This document shows positions 10,508-20,110 of a stretch of DNA of 64,000 nucleotides, one piece after another. A program made the translations under genes and the position numbers. Position 1 is the first letter of the stretch. The number at the start of each line of letters is the position of its first letter. The notes below the pieces were generated by a model. It was not told where the DNA came from and did not search any database. It was given only the letters and a program-made list of their open reading frames with translations. The stretch is from NCBI GenBank assembly GCA_964405775.1, contig CAYOPG010000001.1, positions 4,276 to 68,275 of the forward strand. The letters run 5' to 3'. The stretch comes from an uncultured Lentisphaerales bacterium. GTDB lineage: Bacteria; Verrucomicrobiota; Kiritimatiellia; RFP12; UBA3636.

Positions 10508-11365
10508 ATGGAATTGTGGTACACGGACCAGCACACCAAGGACGTGCGTTTTTCTATGAAGTCTAAGCGTCAGCTCGCGAGCCATCAGAGCGAGATTCAG
10601 CGAATAGACATCCTTGAAACTTACGAATATGGGCGCATACTCGTGCTCGATGGGGATCTCATGATCACCGAGAAGGACGAATTTATCTACCACGAGATGA
10701 TCACGCATGCCCCCATGGCCGTGCACCCCAACGTGAAGAACGTCCTCGTAATCGGCGCCGGGGATGGCGGTACCATACGCGAACTCACCAAGTATTCCAC
10801 GATAGAAAGCATCGACATGGTCGAAGTCGATAAGGACGTTGTAACCCTCTGCATGGTGCACATGCCATTCACGGCCTGCAAACTGCAGGATCCCCGCGTT
10901 CACATGTATTTTGAGGAAGGCCTCCGCTTTGTGCGCACAAAGAAGAACGAGTACGACTTGATAATCGTCGATTGCGCCGACCCTTACGGTCCGTCAGAAG
11001 GACTTTTCACCCGCGAATTCTATGGTACCTGCTTCAGGGCGCTACATGATGACGGCATCCTAATAAACCAGCACGAAAGTCCTTTTTACAACTCACATTC
11101 GATGACCGTACAGAAGGCTCACAAACAAATAGCGACGACCTTCCCGCTGAGCATGGTTTATCAGTGTCATATACCGTCATATCCCTCTGGACACTGGCTT
11201 TTCGGTTTCGCATCGAAGAAATACCATCCTCTGGAGGACCTGATGGTCAAAGAGTGGAATTCGTTGGGAATCCGCACAAGATACTACAACACAGACTTGC
11301 ACGAAGGCAGCTTCTACCTGCCCACATACGTCAAGGAACTGCTGGGGTACTCAAGCAATGGATAG
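10508..11365 (+). CDS. speE: polyamine aminopropyltransferase (spermidine synthase family)
   Basis: MELWYTD...RILVLDGDLMITEKDEFIYHEMITH...VLVIGAGDGGTIRE...IIVDCADPYGPSEGLFT: canonical SpeE motifs. ATG at 10508 with GGAGG RBS; the ORF-track TTG start at 10493 is less likely. Confidence 0.9.
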   Translation: MELWYTDQHTKDVRFSMKSKRQLASHQSEIQRIDILETYEYGRILVLDGDLMITEKDEFIYHEMITHAPMAVHPNVKNVLVIGAGDGGTIRELTKYSTIESIDMVEVDKDVVTLCMVHMPFTACKLQDPRVHMYFEEGLRFVRTKKNEYDLIIVDCADPYGPSEGLFTREFYGTCFRALHDDGILINQHESPFYNSHSMTVQKAHKQIATTFPLSMVYQCHIPSYPSGHWLFGFASKKYHPLEDLMVKEWNSLGIRTRYYNTDLHEGSFYLPTYVKELLGYSSNG

Positions 11366-12221
11366 AAACGTCCATACATTCATTGGCTGCGACAAGGAGT
11401 ATGCTGAAAGCGACATCGTAATTTTCGGAGCTCCATTCGACAGCACTACATCGTATCGCCCGGGCACTCGTTTCGCAAGCGCGGCGATGCGTTCCGAGAG
11501 CTTCAGCATAGAGACTTACAGCCCTTATCTAGACCGTGATCTGATCGCTGATGCACGCATCTTCGATGGAGGCGACCTTGAGCTCCCGTTCGGTTCGCCA
11601 GAGGCAGCGCTCGACATGATCGAAGAGTTCACTGAACAAATTTTAGCAGACGGTAAATTCCCTGTGATGATTGGTGGCGAGCACCTTGTGACGCTGGCGA
11701 CCATACGCGCTGTTGCTAAACGCCATCCTGATCTTCATATCATACACTTCGATGCCCACGCGGATTTGCGCGATGACTATCTCGGAGTGAAGCTCTCTCA
11801 TGCGTGCGTGATGAGACGCTGCCACGAGATATTAGGCGACGCGCGCATCTTCCAGTTTGGCATTCGCAGCGGCGACCGCTCGGAATTCGCCTGGGCCGCC
11901 GAAGGCCATGTGACGATGCGCAAATTCGATTTGAAAACACTGCCGGAAGTGGCGAAAAAGCTCCAAAGCGTCCCCGTGTACGTAACTGTCGATCTTGACG
12001 TGCTTGATCCATCACAATTCCCCGGAACAGGTACGCCGGAAGCGGGTGGTGTCATGTTTACTGAGTTACGCGAAGCGCTGGAAATCGCGCTTGGGCTTAA
12101 CGTGGTCGCCATGGATATGAACGAACTCTCGCCGGCGCTCGACCATTCTGGCGCGTCAACGGCACTTGCCTGTAAACTAATGCGCGAAGCGCTTCTTATG
12201 ATCGGAGGAAAACACAAATGA
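11358..12221 (+). CDS. speB: agmatinase/ureohydrolase family (SpeB-like; possibly aminopropylagmatine ureohydrolase)
   Basis: 287 aa, arginase-fold motifs (GGEHLVT, DAHADL, VTVDLDVLDP). Overlaps speE by 8 nt and the next gene by 4 nt. Confidence 0.88.
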   Translation: MDRNVHTFIGCDKEYAESDIVIFGAPFDSTTSYRPGTRFASAAMRSESFSIETYSPYLDRDLIADARIFDGGDLELPFGSPEAALDMIEEFTEQILADGKFPVMIGGEHLVTLATIRAVAKRHPDLHIIHFDAHADLRDDYLGVKLSHACVMRRCHEILGDARIFQFGIRSGDRSEFAWAAEGHVTMRKFDLKTLPEVAKKLQSVPVYVTVDLDVLDPSQFPGTGTPEAGGVMFTELREALEIALGLNVVAMDMNELSPALDHSGASTALACKLMREALLMIGGKHK

Positions 12222-13420
12222 GCAAAAAAACATTGATAATCGGCGCCGGCGGGGTTGCCAGCGTGGTCGTGCATAAGTGTTGCCAAAACCACGAAGTGTT
12301 CCCTGATATTTGCATCGCCAGCCGGACGAAGTCCAAGTGTGACGCACTCAAGAAAAAGCTGGAAGGCGGCAAAACGAAGATCTCGACGGCGCGTGTCGAT
12401 GCCGACAACGTCAAAGAGCTCGTGGCTCTCATCAAAGACTACAAGCCGGATCTTGTAATGAACATCGCGTTGCCTTATCAGGATCTCACGATAATGGATG
12501 CGTGCCTCGCGACCGGCGTTGATTATCTCGACACCGCGAACTACGAACCCAAAGACACCGCCAAGTTCGAATACAAGTGGCAGTGGGATTACCGCGACCG
12601 CTTCAAGAAAGCCGGAATAATGGCGCTGCTCGGCTGCGGTTTTGACCCGGGCGTCACTGGCGTATACTCCGCTCACGCGCAGAAACACCATTTCGACGAA
12701 ATAGATACTATCGATATCCTGGACTGCAATGGCGGTGACCACGGGTACCCTTTCGCAACGAACTTCAACCCCGAAATAAACATCCGCGAAGTATCCGCGA
12801 AAGGCAGCTACTGGGAGAATGGCCGTTGGGTACACACAGAACCGATGGAAATCAAGCGAGTGTACGACTTCGATGGCGTGGGCAAAAAGGACATGTATCT
12901 GCTCCACCACGAAGAAATCGAATCCCTTGCTATTAATATCAAAGGCGTCAAACGCATCCGCTTCTTCATGACATTCGGGCAGAGTTACCTGACCCACCTT
13001 AAGTGCCTCGTGAACGTGGGTATGACCTCGATTGAGCCGATTGACTTCAAAGGAAACAAAATAGTGCCTCTGGAGTTCCTGACAGCCGTGTTGCCTGATC
13101 CAGCGTCGCTCGGTCCTCGCACTAAGGGCAAGACCAACATCGGCTGCATATACACAGGCTCGAAAAACGGAAAGCCGGTGAACTACTACGTATACAACAT
13201 CTGCGACCATCAGGAAAGCTACAAAGAAGTCGGTTCTCAAGCCATTTCGTACACCACGGGTGTCCCCGCGATGATCGGCGGTATGATGATGCTGACAGGC
13301 AAATGGAAGAAGCCCGGCGTTTTCAACGTCGAGGAATTCGACCCAGATCCTTTCATGGACGCCCTCAACAAATGGGGACTCCCTTGGCAGGATACCTTTG
13401 AACCGGTGCTCGTCGATTGA
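12218..13420 (+). CDS. saccharopine dehydrogenase family, carboxy(nor)spermidine dehydrogenase-like
   Basis: 400 aa. N-terminal LIIGAGGVASVVVHKCCQNHEVFPDICIASRTKSKCD Rossmann motif. Length and architecture typical of CANSDH. Last gene of the operon. Confidence 0.78.
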   Translation: MSKKTLIIGAGGVASVVVHKCCQNHEVFPDICIASRTKSKCDALKKKLEGGKTKISTARVDADNVKELVALIKDYKPDLVMNIALPYQDLTIMDACLATGVDYLDTANYEPKDTAKFEYKWQWDYRDRFKKAGIMALLGCGFDPGVTGVYSAHAQKHHFDEIDTIDILDCNGGDHGYPFATNFNPEINIREVSAKGSYWENGRWVHTEPMEIKRVYDFDGVGKKDMYLLHHEEIESLAINIKGVKRIRFFMTFGQSYLTHLKCLVNVGMTSIEPIDFKGNKIVPLEFLTAVLPDPASLGPRTKGKTNIGCIYTGSKNGKPVNYYVYNICDHQESYKEVGSQAISYTTGVPAMIGGMMMLTGKWKKPGVFNVEEFDPDPFMDALNKWGLPWQDTFEPVLVD

Positions 13421-13441
13421 TCTTTCGACCGAGAATCAATC

Positions 13442-14308
13442 ATGGGCAACAACATAACAAACATTGTAGGGGGCGACAGTGCTGGCCTCAGTTTGGCGCA
13501 GTCCGGTCTGTCTGGCGAGGTGTTTGTTTGGCATGATGTTCTCTATGACGGTGTGCGCAAGCCTGGATGGCCAGATGAGGAGACCATCGAGGCTAGGGCG
13601 GCATTTCTTGAGGATCACACCGCTGGTGGAATGACCCGCGAATTCCTGCGGAAGTCACTGCACCGCGAATATTCCAAGCTTGAGGCCATAGCAGGCACCC
13701 ACATAATTTTGTGGTTTGATGCCTGTCTTTTCGATCAGGCGATGCTAGCGCACATACTTGCTTGTCTTTCACATCTTCGCGCTAGGCACGTCGAACTTAT
13801 TTGCGTAGATTCGTTTCCAGGAGTGGAGCCATTCCACGGTCTTGGTCAGCTTAGCCCGGAACAATTCGTGTCGCTCGAGGGGCGTCAACTCCCGGTGAGC
13901 GAACAGGAATTTGAGTTTGCCATTCAAGTCGACAAAGCATTTGCCACCAGCGATTTTCAGGCTTTGGAAGAGATATCCCGTATGTCAGATGCTCCGCTGC
14001 CATTTGTCCCGGCAGCGGCTGCACGATGGCTGCAGGAGCGTCCTGATCCAGAAACTGGGCTAGGACTTCTGGAAAGCCTCGTCATGTCAGCGCTGCGTAA
14101 CGGATGTAATACGCCTCTGGAAATCTTCAAGTTCGCCGCATCAGCAGACACGCCCCCGCAGTTTTGGGGAGACTCCACAATGTGGGCAAAGATAAACGGC
14201 CTTGCCATGCGCAATCCTCCCCTTTTAAAAATTGAAGGTCCGACTGACAAACTACCACAGAGGGAAAGCAATCTTTCCCTTGAGAGTTTTTTGATAAAAA
14301 AAGTTTAA
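13442..14308 (+). CDS. hypothetical protein, DUF1835-like N-terminus
   Basis: 288 aa. N-terminal IVGGDSAGLSL..SGLSGEVFVWHDVLYDG resembles the DUF1835 signature recalled from memory (HI.nGDSaag.L...GE...W.D.L..GP). Confidence 0.5.
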   Translation: MGNNITNIVGGDSAGLSLAQSGLSGEVFVWHDVLYDGVRKPGWPDEETIEARAAFLEDHTAGGMTREFLRKSLHREYSKLEAIAGTHIILWFDACLFDQAMLAHILACLSHLRARHVELICVDSFPGVEPFHGLGQLSPEQFVSLEGRQLPVSEQEFEFAIQVDKAFATSDFQALEEISRMSDAPLPFVPAAAARWLQERPDPETGLGLLESLVMSALRNGCNTPLEIFKFAASADTPPQFWGDSTMWAKINGLAMRNPPLLKIEGPTDKLPQRESNLSLESFLIKKV

Positions 14309-14344
14309 CGCCGATTTCTGACGGTCGGGACATTTTATATTTTT

Positions 14345-14770
14345 ATGGGCATACAGCTCGGCTGGCTCGGCAACTACGCTGAAAACTACAAAGGACTCAT
14401 GTTTGGCGGGTTTTTCAACTACGTCAAAGGCGACTTCACCGGATGGGAAGGGGCTTTGGTAAACTGGAACGAAGGAGACTTCAAGGGACTTCAAACCGGT
14501 TTGGTCAACTGGAACGAGGGCGATTTCTTTGGAGTTCAGGCTGGCGGTGTCAACTTCACCGGCGGAACGATGAAGGGTCTTCAGCTCGGCGCGTTCAACT
14601 CCGCTGAAAACCTGAACGGTTTCCAGCTGGGCGTCATCAACCATGCCGACGGCGTCGTCGCAGGACTCCAGATTGGTCTTCTCAACATCATGATGGAGAA
14701 CGACAGCTGGTTCGGCGAATTCCCGAATGCGCTCGCCCCAGCAATGGTCTTCGTGAACTGGCGCTATTAA
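14345..14770 (+). CDS. short-repeat protein (tandem ~15-aa G-x-Q-x-G-x-x-N repeats), no signal peptide
   Basis: 141 aa: ...NEGDFKGLQTGLVNW / NEGDFFGVQAGGVNF / TGGTMKGLQLGAFNS / AENLNGFQLGVINH / ADGVVAGLQIGLLNI. In-frame TAA lies 36 nt upstream of the ATG, so no longer N-terminus is possible. Confidence 0.5.
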   Translation: MGIQLGWLGNYAENYKGLMFGGFFNYVKGDFTGWEGALVNWNEGDFKGLQTGLVNWNEGDFFGVQAGGVNFTGGTMKGLQLGAFNSAENLNGFQLGVINHADGVVAGLQIGLLNIMMENDSWFGEFPNALAPAMVFVNWRY

Positions 14771-14788
14771 TGGGCACTTAAGTTGCGG

Positions 14789-14828
14789 AAAAGCCCGCGT
14801 CCTTCACTGGACGCGAGCTTTTTTTTAC
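14789..14828 (+). terminator. rho-independent terminator
   Basis: AAGCCCGCGTCC-ttcact-GGACGCGAGCTT followed by a T8 run. Confidence 0.7.
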
Positions 14829-14976
14829 CATAACCTGTTGCGCAGTGGCGAAGAGCGGCGTTGCGGCTCCTGCCTTAGCCAGACTGCGAGAGCGCAAAAC
14901 GCGAACATCGCAATCGCGTTCCCTAAAAACCATCATCAGATTGATTTTTTTTTGGAGAAAAGGTATTATACGCACA

Positions 14977-16566
14977 ATGAACGAGGCACCAGAAGCACCT
15001 GAACAAGCACAGACTACGCCCCCGATAGCAGTCATAGACATAGGGGCGACATTCATACGCATGCTCATCGCAGAAAAGCGCGGTGCAAAAGGTATTGCGA
15101 TTTTGGAAAAAGTCGTCCAATCAGTGGCGCTTGGTCGTGATATCGTTGCCGATGGCCGGATATCAAATGCCACTGTCGAGCAATGCGTCAGGATCCTCAA
15201 ATCGTTTCGCCACCTACTGGACGAATACAAAATAAGCACTGATTCGGTGACAGCGGTTGCGACGGCAACACTGGACCATGCCGACAACAGCGAGGTGTTC
15301 CTCGACCGGATTTCCACCTCGTCCCACATAGACTTCCGCCTGCTTGACCAAGGCCAGATCGGCTATTACTACCACCTCGCATTCCGCGCCCTGAAAGACC
15401 GCAAGAACAAATGGGAGAAGGGCGAGTCCATCGTGCTCGAAATCGGAGGCCTAAACTGCGGCATGCTCTGCCGCAAAGACGGTGAGATCAGGTTCGTCCA
15501 GACGTACACAGTCGGATCGCTCCAACTCCGCAAGCAGATGGAGGAAGGCGGCTTCAAGCAACAGCAGCTATCGGCGCTTGCGGATGGCAGATCGCACGAA
15601 ATTTCAGAACAGCTCCTCAATAAACTGGAAGACGTAAAATCCGTCAAGCTCCTGCTTATGGGGCGTGAAATGCGATTCGCGGCGGCTCGAATGAAATCCA
15701 GCGAAAACGGAGACGGAGCGCAAGAGCCTACCGACTCCGTAACCTGTCTTGCCGTTTCGGATCTCCAGACCCTCCTTGAGAAGATTGAATCCTCCACAAC
15801 GGAAGAACTTGTTAAGAAGTGGCGAATATCTTATCCCGACGCCGAGCTTCTTGCGCCATCCCTTAGCATCGCCATTTCAGTCGCCAACTCGCTTATGCTA
15901 AAAAACGTTTACGTCAGCAACTTGTCTTTCAGCCACGGTTTACTCGAGGAGGCAGTTGCCGGGACACCCTGGACAGAAACAATGAGAAAACACGTGCTGC
16001 GTGTGGCTCGCGAGACCGGCGAAAAGTATCGTTACGATTACAACCATGCACGCAAGGTCGCAGACATATCCCTCACCCTTTTCGACATGCTAAGGTCTGA
16101 GCACGAGTGTACACCGCGCCATCGGCTCATCTTGGAAGTCGCCGCGCTCCTGCATGACATCGGCGTCTTCGTCAGCGTGCATTCACACCACAAGCACACG
16201 ATGTACCTGATCCGAAATACAGAATTTGCAGGTCTCTCGTCCGAGGAGATAGAGCTCATAGCAGTCATCGCGCGCTATCACAGAAAGACTATTCCCAAAA
16301 GCGTCCATCCCGAATACTCCGCTCTCAACCGCGAGGACCGACTTGTCGTAAGCAAACTGGCGGCGTTCCTGCGCGTGGCGGACGCACTAGACCGCGTGCA
16401 CGATCAGAGTCTAGGCGAAATTAAGTTCGAACTCCGCGAGGACACGCTCCTATGCATTCCCAGCAGGCAGGCTCCGACAAGCGCAGAACGGGTGGCACTC
16501 TCTGAAAAAGGAAACCTTTTTGAAATGATGTACGGCCGCAGGAGTTACCTTTATTCGCCTGAATGA
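14977..16566 (+). CDS. ppx: Ppx/GppA family exopolyphosphatase / pppGpp phosphohydrolase with C-terminal HD domain
   Basis: IAVIDIGATFIRMLIAE actin-like ATPase N-terminus. HD domain LHDIGVFVSVHSHHKHTMYLI. ATG at 14977 with GGAGAAAAGG RBS; the ORF-track start at 14845 is upstream. Confidence 0.85.
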   Translation: MNEAPEAPEQAQTTPPIAVIDIGATFIRMLIAEKRGAKGIAILEKVVQSVALGRDIVADGRISNATVEQCVRILKSFRHLLDEYKISTDSVTAVATATLDHADNSEVFLDRISTSSHIDFRLLDQGQIGYYYHLAFRALKDRKNKWEKGESIVLEIGGLNCGMLCRKDGEIRFVQTYTVGSLQLRKQMEEGGFKQQQLSALADGRSHEISEQLLNKLEDVKSVKLLLMGREMRFAAARMKSSENGDGAQEPTDSVTCLAVSDLQTLLEKIESSTTEELVKKWRISYPDAELLAPSLSIAISVANSLMLKNVYVSNLSFSHGLLEEAVAGTPWTETMRKHVLRVARETGEKYRYDYNHARKVADISLTLFDMLRSEHECTPRHRLILEVAALLHDIGVFVSVHSHHKHTMYLIRNTEFAGLSSEEIELIAVIARYHRKTIPKSVHPEYSALNREDRLVVSKLAAFLRVADALDRVHDQSLGEIKFELREDTLLCIPSRQAPTSAERVALSEKGNLFEMMYGRRSYLYSPE

Positions 16567-18731
16567 CAAGGACGATAGTCATGAAAAAAAATGTGAAAAC
16601 AAAAAAACAGTTCACAAGGCAAGAGCTATTCGTCAACAGGGAGCTGAGTTGGTTGGAGTTTAACCAGCGCGTCTTGGACGAAGCGCGTGACACATCAAAC
16701 CCACCGCTGGAACGCTTGAAGTTTCTCGCGATCACGGGATCAAACTTGGATGAGTTTTACATGGTTCGAGTAGGCGGATTGAAGATATTGTCGGACGCGA
16801 AGATCAGACGGCAAGACATATCCGGAATGTCTCCCAACCAACAACTAACGGCGATCACGCGACGTGTTCGTAAGATGGGTGCTGAGCAGTACGCAATTCT
16901 CAAAAACCTTTGCACAGAACTTGCTGGCAACGAGCTTGTGCTGCTTGAAGACGTCGGAGAAATGTCCAACGAACAACGTAAATGGCTGGAACGCGAATTC
17001 ATGGACAATGTGTTCCCGCTCATCTCGCCGGTAGGCGTAGATGAATCCCGCCCGTTCCACCCTGCCGGGCTGATGCTCCACTGCGCAGCGCTTCTCGATC
17101 CGATCAATCAAGGTGGAGAACCCCGTCTCGCGCTAATTCCGCTCGGCCCGAAAATATCTCGTTTCATACGAATCCCCGATCCCGCTGGACGCGCAATCTT
17201 CATACCGGTTGAACAAGTGGTGGCGTGGCAGATCCACACCATTCTGGAAGGCCAGACCGTGCGCGAATGCGTACCTTTCCGTGTAACCCGGAATGCAGAC
17301 ATCGAACTGCGCGAAGATCTTTCCTCGGATCTCCTTGTCGGCATGCAAGATCTCTTGGAAGACAGGCAGCAGACAGAGTGCATACGCCTCGAAATACACC
17401 GGTCAGCTTCACGTAAACTCACTGCGATCCTTAAACGAGCCCTGCATCTTGAACAGGCGGTCGTTTACCATATTGATGGTCCGGTTGAATTGCGCGGCAT
17501 AATGGCGCTGGCGGATACCGATGGCTTCGACAACCTTCGCGATTCGCCATGGGAGCCCATGAAATCGCCCGATGTTGACATCAAGGAGCCAATCTTTCCA
17601 CAGATCGCTCAGAAAGACATTCTCTTGGTACACCCATACGAATCGTTTGACCCTGTCGTCAAATTCGTAGAGGATGCGGCGGACGATCCTCAGGTGCTCG
17701 CCATCAAACAGGTCTTATACAGAACCGCGCCGCAAAGCGCCATAATAGACGCGCTCGTGCGCGCCGCTCAAGTCGGTAAACACGTTACAGTGCTCATAGA
17801 GCTCAAGGCTCGTTTCGATGAAGCTCGAAACATCACACAAGCCAACCGCCTTGAACTGGCCGGGGTGCATGTGGTCTACGGAGTGCGCGGACTTAAGACA
17901 CACTGCAAAATTTGCCTAGTCGTGCGCCGTGAACCTCAGGGCATTGTGCGCTACACGCACTATGCGACTGGCAACTACAATGAGAAAACCGCCAAGCAGT
18001 ACAGCGATGTAGGATTTTTCACTTCGAGAACGGATTTCGGAGCAGACGCCTCAGATGTCTTCAACGCCATCACAGGCTATTCGCAACCGCAGTCGCTGCG
18101 TCGCCTTGAGATTGCGCCCTTCACCATACGTTCAACACTTCTCAGGCTCATCGCCAACGAAACCGAGCGCGCGCGAAACGGAGAGGAGGCCGAAATCACG
18201 ATGAAGATGAATTCGCTAAGCGATGAAGGCATCACGCGAGCCCTGTATGAGGCATCGCAGGCCGGCGTTAAGATACGCATCAACGTGCGTGGCATCTGCT
18301 GCCTCAGGCCTGGGGTTCCCGGTCTGAGCGAGAACATAACCGTCATCAGCATTGTCGGCAGATACCTTGAACACGCGCGAATTTATCATTTCCGGGATGG
18401 CAACCGCAACGCTCTTTACATTTCAAGCGCCGACATCATGCCGCGCAATCTGGATAGCCGCGTGGAGTTGATGATTCCTGTCGTCGACCGAGGAACACGA
18501 GCGAAACTCCTGGAAACGCTTGAAACGTATTTCGCCGACAACACCAAGGCCAGAGTCATAAATTCAGACGGCTCGTACAGCGTTCGCAAGCCCGAGGGCA
18601 AAGAAAAACGTCTCTGCGCACAGGAAGAACTCTATAATAAAGCGCGCCGCGCCTCCAACATGAAGGAACAAACAAAACCGACGATGCTGGAGCCATACCA
18701 CAAACAACGTAAAACCAAAACAGACAGATAG
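16563..18731 (+). CDS. ppk1: polyphosphate kinase 1
   Basis: 722 aa. RELSWLEFNQRVLDEA N-terminus, PLD-like HxK repeats (KTHCKICLVVRRE). Overlaps the ppx stop by 4 nt. Confidence 0.92.
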   Translation: MTRTIVMKKNVKTKKQFTRQELFVNRELSWLEFNQRVLDEARDTSNPPLERLKFLAITGSNLDEFYMVRVGGLKILSDAKIRRQDISGMSPNQQLTAITRRVRKMGAEQYAILKNLCTELAGNELVLLEDVGEMSNEQRKWLEREFMDNVFPLISPVGVDESRPFHPAGLMLHCAALLDPINQGGEPRLALIPLGPKISRFIRIPDPAGRAIFIPVEQVVAWQIHTILEGQTVRECVPFRVTRNADIELREDLSSDLLVGMQDLLEDRQQTECIRLEIHRSASRKLTAILKRALHLEQAVVYHIDGPVELRGIMALADTDGFDNLRDSPWEPMKSPDVDIKEPIFPQIAQKDILLVHPYESFDPVVKFVEDAADDPQVLAIKQVLYRTAPQSAIIDALVRAAQVGKHVTVLIELKARFDEARNITQANRLELAGVHVVYGVRGLKTHCKICLVVRREPQGIVRYTHYATGNYNEKTAKQYSDVGFFTSRTDFGADASDVFNAITGYSQPQSLRRLEIAPFTIRSTLLRLIANETERARNGEEAEITMKMNSLSDEGITRALYEASQAGVKIRINVRGICCLRPGVPGLSENITVISIVGRYLEHARIYHFRDGNRNALYISSADIMPRNLDSRVELMIPVVDRGTRAKLLETLETYFADNTKARVINSDGSYSVRKPEGKEKRLCAQEELYNKARRASNMKEQTKPTMLEPYHKQRKTKTDR

Positions 18732-18738
18732 TTAAAGC

Positions 18739-19923
18739 ATGGCAATCATAACTAAATCCCCCAAGATAACACGCAGCATCGGCATCCTAACTGCCGGCGG
18801 GGACTGCCCCGGACTTAACGCCGCTATACGCGCCGTGGCAAAGTCAACAATGCACCACGGCATACCCGTCATCGGATTTCTCGACGGATTCAGGGGTCTA
18901 GTGGAGAATAGATACATATCGTTAGACGATCGCACCGTAAGCGGCATTCTGACGCTCGGCGGCACAATACTCGGATCGAATCGCGATAAGCCTCACAAGA
19001 TGGACATGGGCGGCACAATCATGGACATGACCGAAGTCGCAATCGCCAACGCCAAGCGCCTTAATCTCGACTGCATCGTCTGCCTCGGCGGCAACGGCAC
19101 TCAGAAAAATGCGTACCGCCTCGCCGAAAAGGGCGGGATAAACGTTATCACACTCCCAAAGACGATTGACAACGATGTGGTTCTCACCGACACCTGCTTC
19201 GGCTACGACACAGCCAAGGCGATCGCCACCGAGGCGATCGACCGCCTACACACGACCGCCAGCAGCCACCACCGGATAATCGCCGTCGAGATCATGGGGC
19301 ACTCCGCAGGATGGCTCGCGCTCGGAGCCGGTATCGCCGGGGGCGCCGACGTGATCTTGATACCAGAAATAAAATATGACATACACGCCGTCGCCGAATT
19401 CCTGAACGCCCGACGTCACAGCGGAAAACGCTTTTCGATAATTGCCGTCGCCGAAGGCACCACCGCCATTGGCGAGCCGGACGATATTGACGAGGACGAC
19501 GACGATAAGCCGCAGAAGAAAAACGGCAAGAAGAAAAACGGAGATTCCAACGGTGCGAACAGTAGCTCCAGCGGCTCCTGCCCCCTCCCACAGCACCCGC
19601 TCATGATCCGCGAATCAAAGGTAAGCAGGATAGTGCGTGAACTAGAGCAACTCACCGGAATTGAGGCACGCATGACGCAACTAGGACACATACAACGCGG
19701 CGGCACCCCTACCCCGGCCGACCGTCTCCTTTGCACAAGACTTGGCGCAGTTGCCGGGGAGCTCGTGGCCGCCCACAAATACAACGTCATGGTCGCCGTC
19801 AGGGGGGATGACTGCGTGCCCGTTCCGCTGGAAGACGTTTCAGGCAAAGTCAGAACTGTTCCAACAGAGCACCCATGGGTCAACGCCGCCCGCCTTATGG
19901 GCACCTGCATGGGCGACGCTTGA
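18739..19923 (+). CDS. pfk: 6-phosphofructokinase (PFK-A family), PPi-type signature, with ~45-aa charged low-complexity insertion
   Basis: [32 protein letters not shown] (Lys in place of Gly in the PGTIDND motif), LGHIQRGG. Insertion [33 protein letters not shown]. Confidence 0.9.
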   Translation: MAIITKSPKITRSIGILTAGGDCPGLNAAIRAVAKSTMHHGIPVIGFLDGFRGLVENRYISLDDRTVSGILTLGGTILGSNRDKPHKMDMGGTIMDMTEVAIANAKRLNLDCIVCLGGNGTQKNAYRLAEKGGINVITLPKTIDNDVVLTDTCFGYDTAKAIATEAIDRLHTTASSHHRIIAVEIMGHSAGWLALGAGIAGGADVILIPEIKYDIHAVAEFLNARRHSGKRFSIIAVAEGTTAIGEPDDIDEDDDDKPQKKNGKKKNGDSNGANSSSSGSCPLPQHPLMIRESKVSRIVRELEQLTGIEARMTQLGHIQRGGTPTPADRLLCTRLGAVAGELVAAHKYNVMVAVRGDDCVPVPLEDVSGKVRTVPTEHPWVNAARLMGTCMGDA

Positions 19924-20110
19924 CACGTCGGCTTCAGACACATTGATGTTTCCACGCGCCGGCGACAGATCTCGGGGCATTCTTGTTGCCGCGCCATACG
20001 CCTCTGTATAGAATAACACCTGTATGTACCCTGTGGATCGATGTTTTCACCATTTTCATGCCGACGGCCTATTCGGGACGCCCCGCGACCTCGCTTAAGG
20101 CCTCAATCGA

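Noticed and set aside
11798-13240. 480-aa minus-strand ORF overlapping speB and the CANSDH-like gene
   Set aside because: The plus-strand genes have unambiguous enzyme motifs (arginase fold, GAGGV Rossmann). The long antisense ORF is a GC-rich-genome artefact with no motifs.
16563-19923. Possibility that ppk1-pfk encodes a polyP-dependent PFK
   Set aside because: Only adjacency and a PPi-type Lys signature support it. There is no sequence evidence for polyP use, so it is kept as a moderate-interest finding rather than a call.
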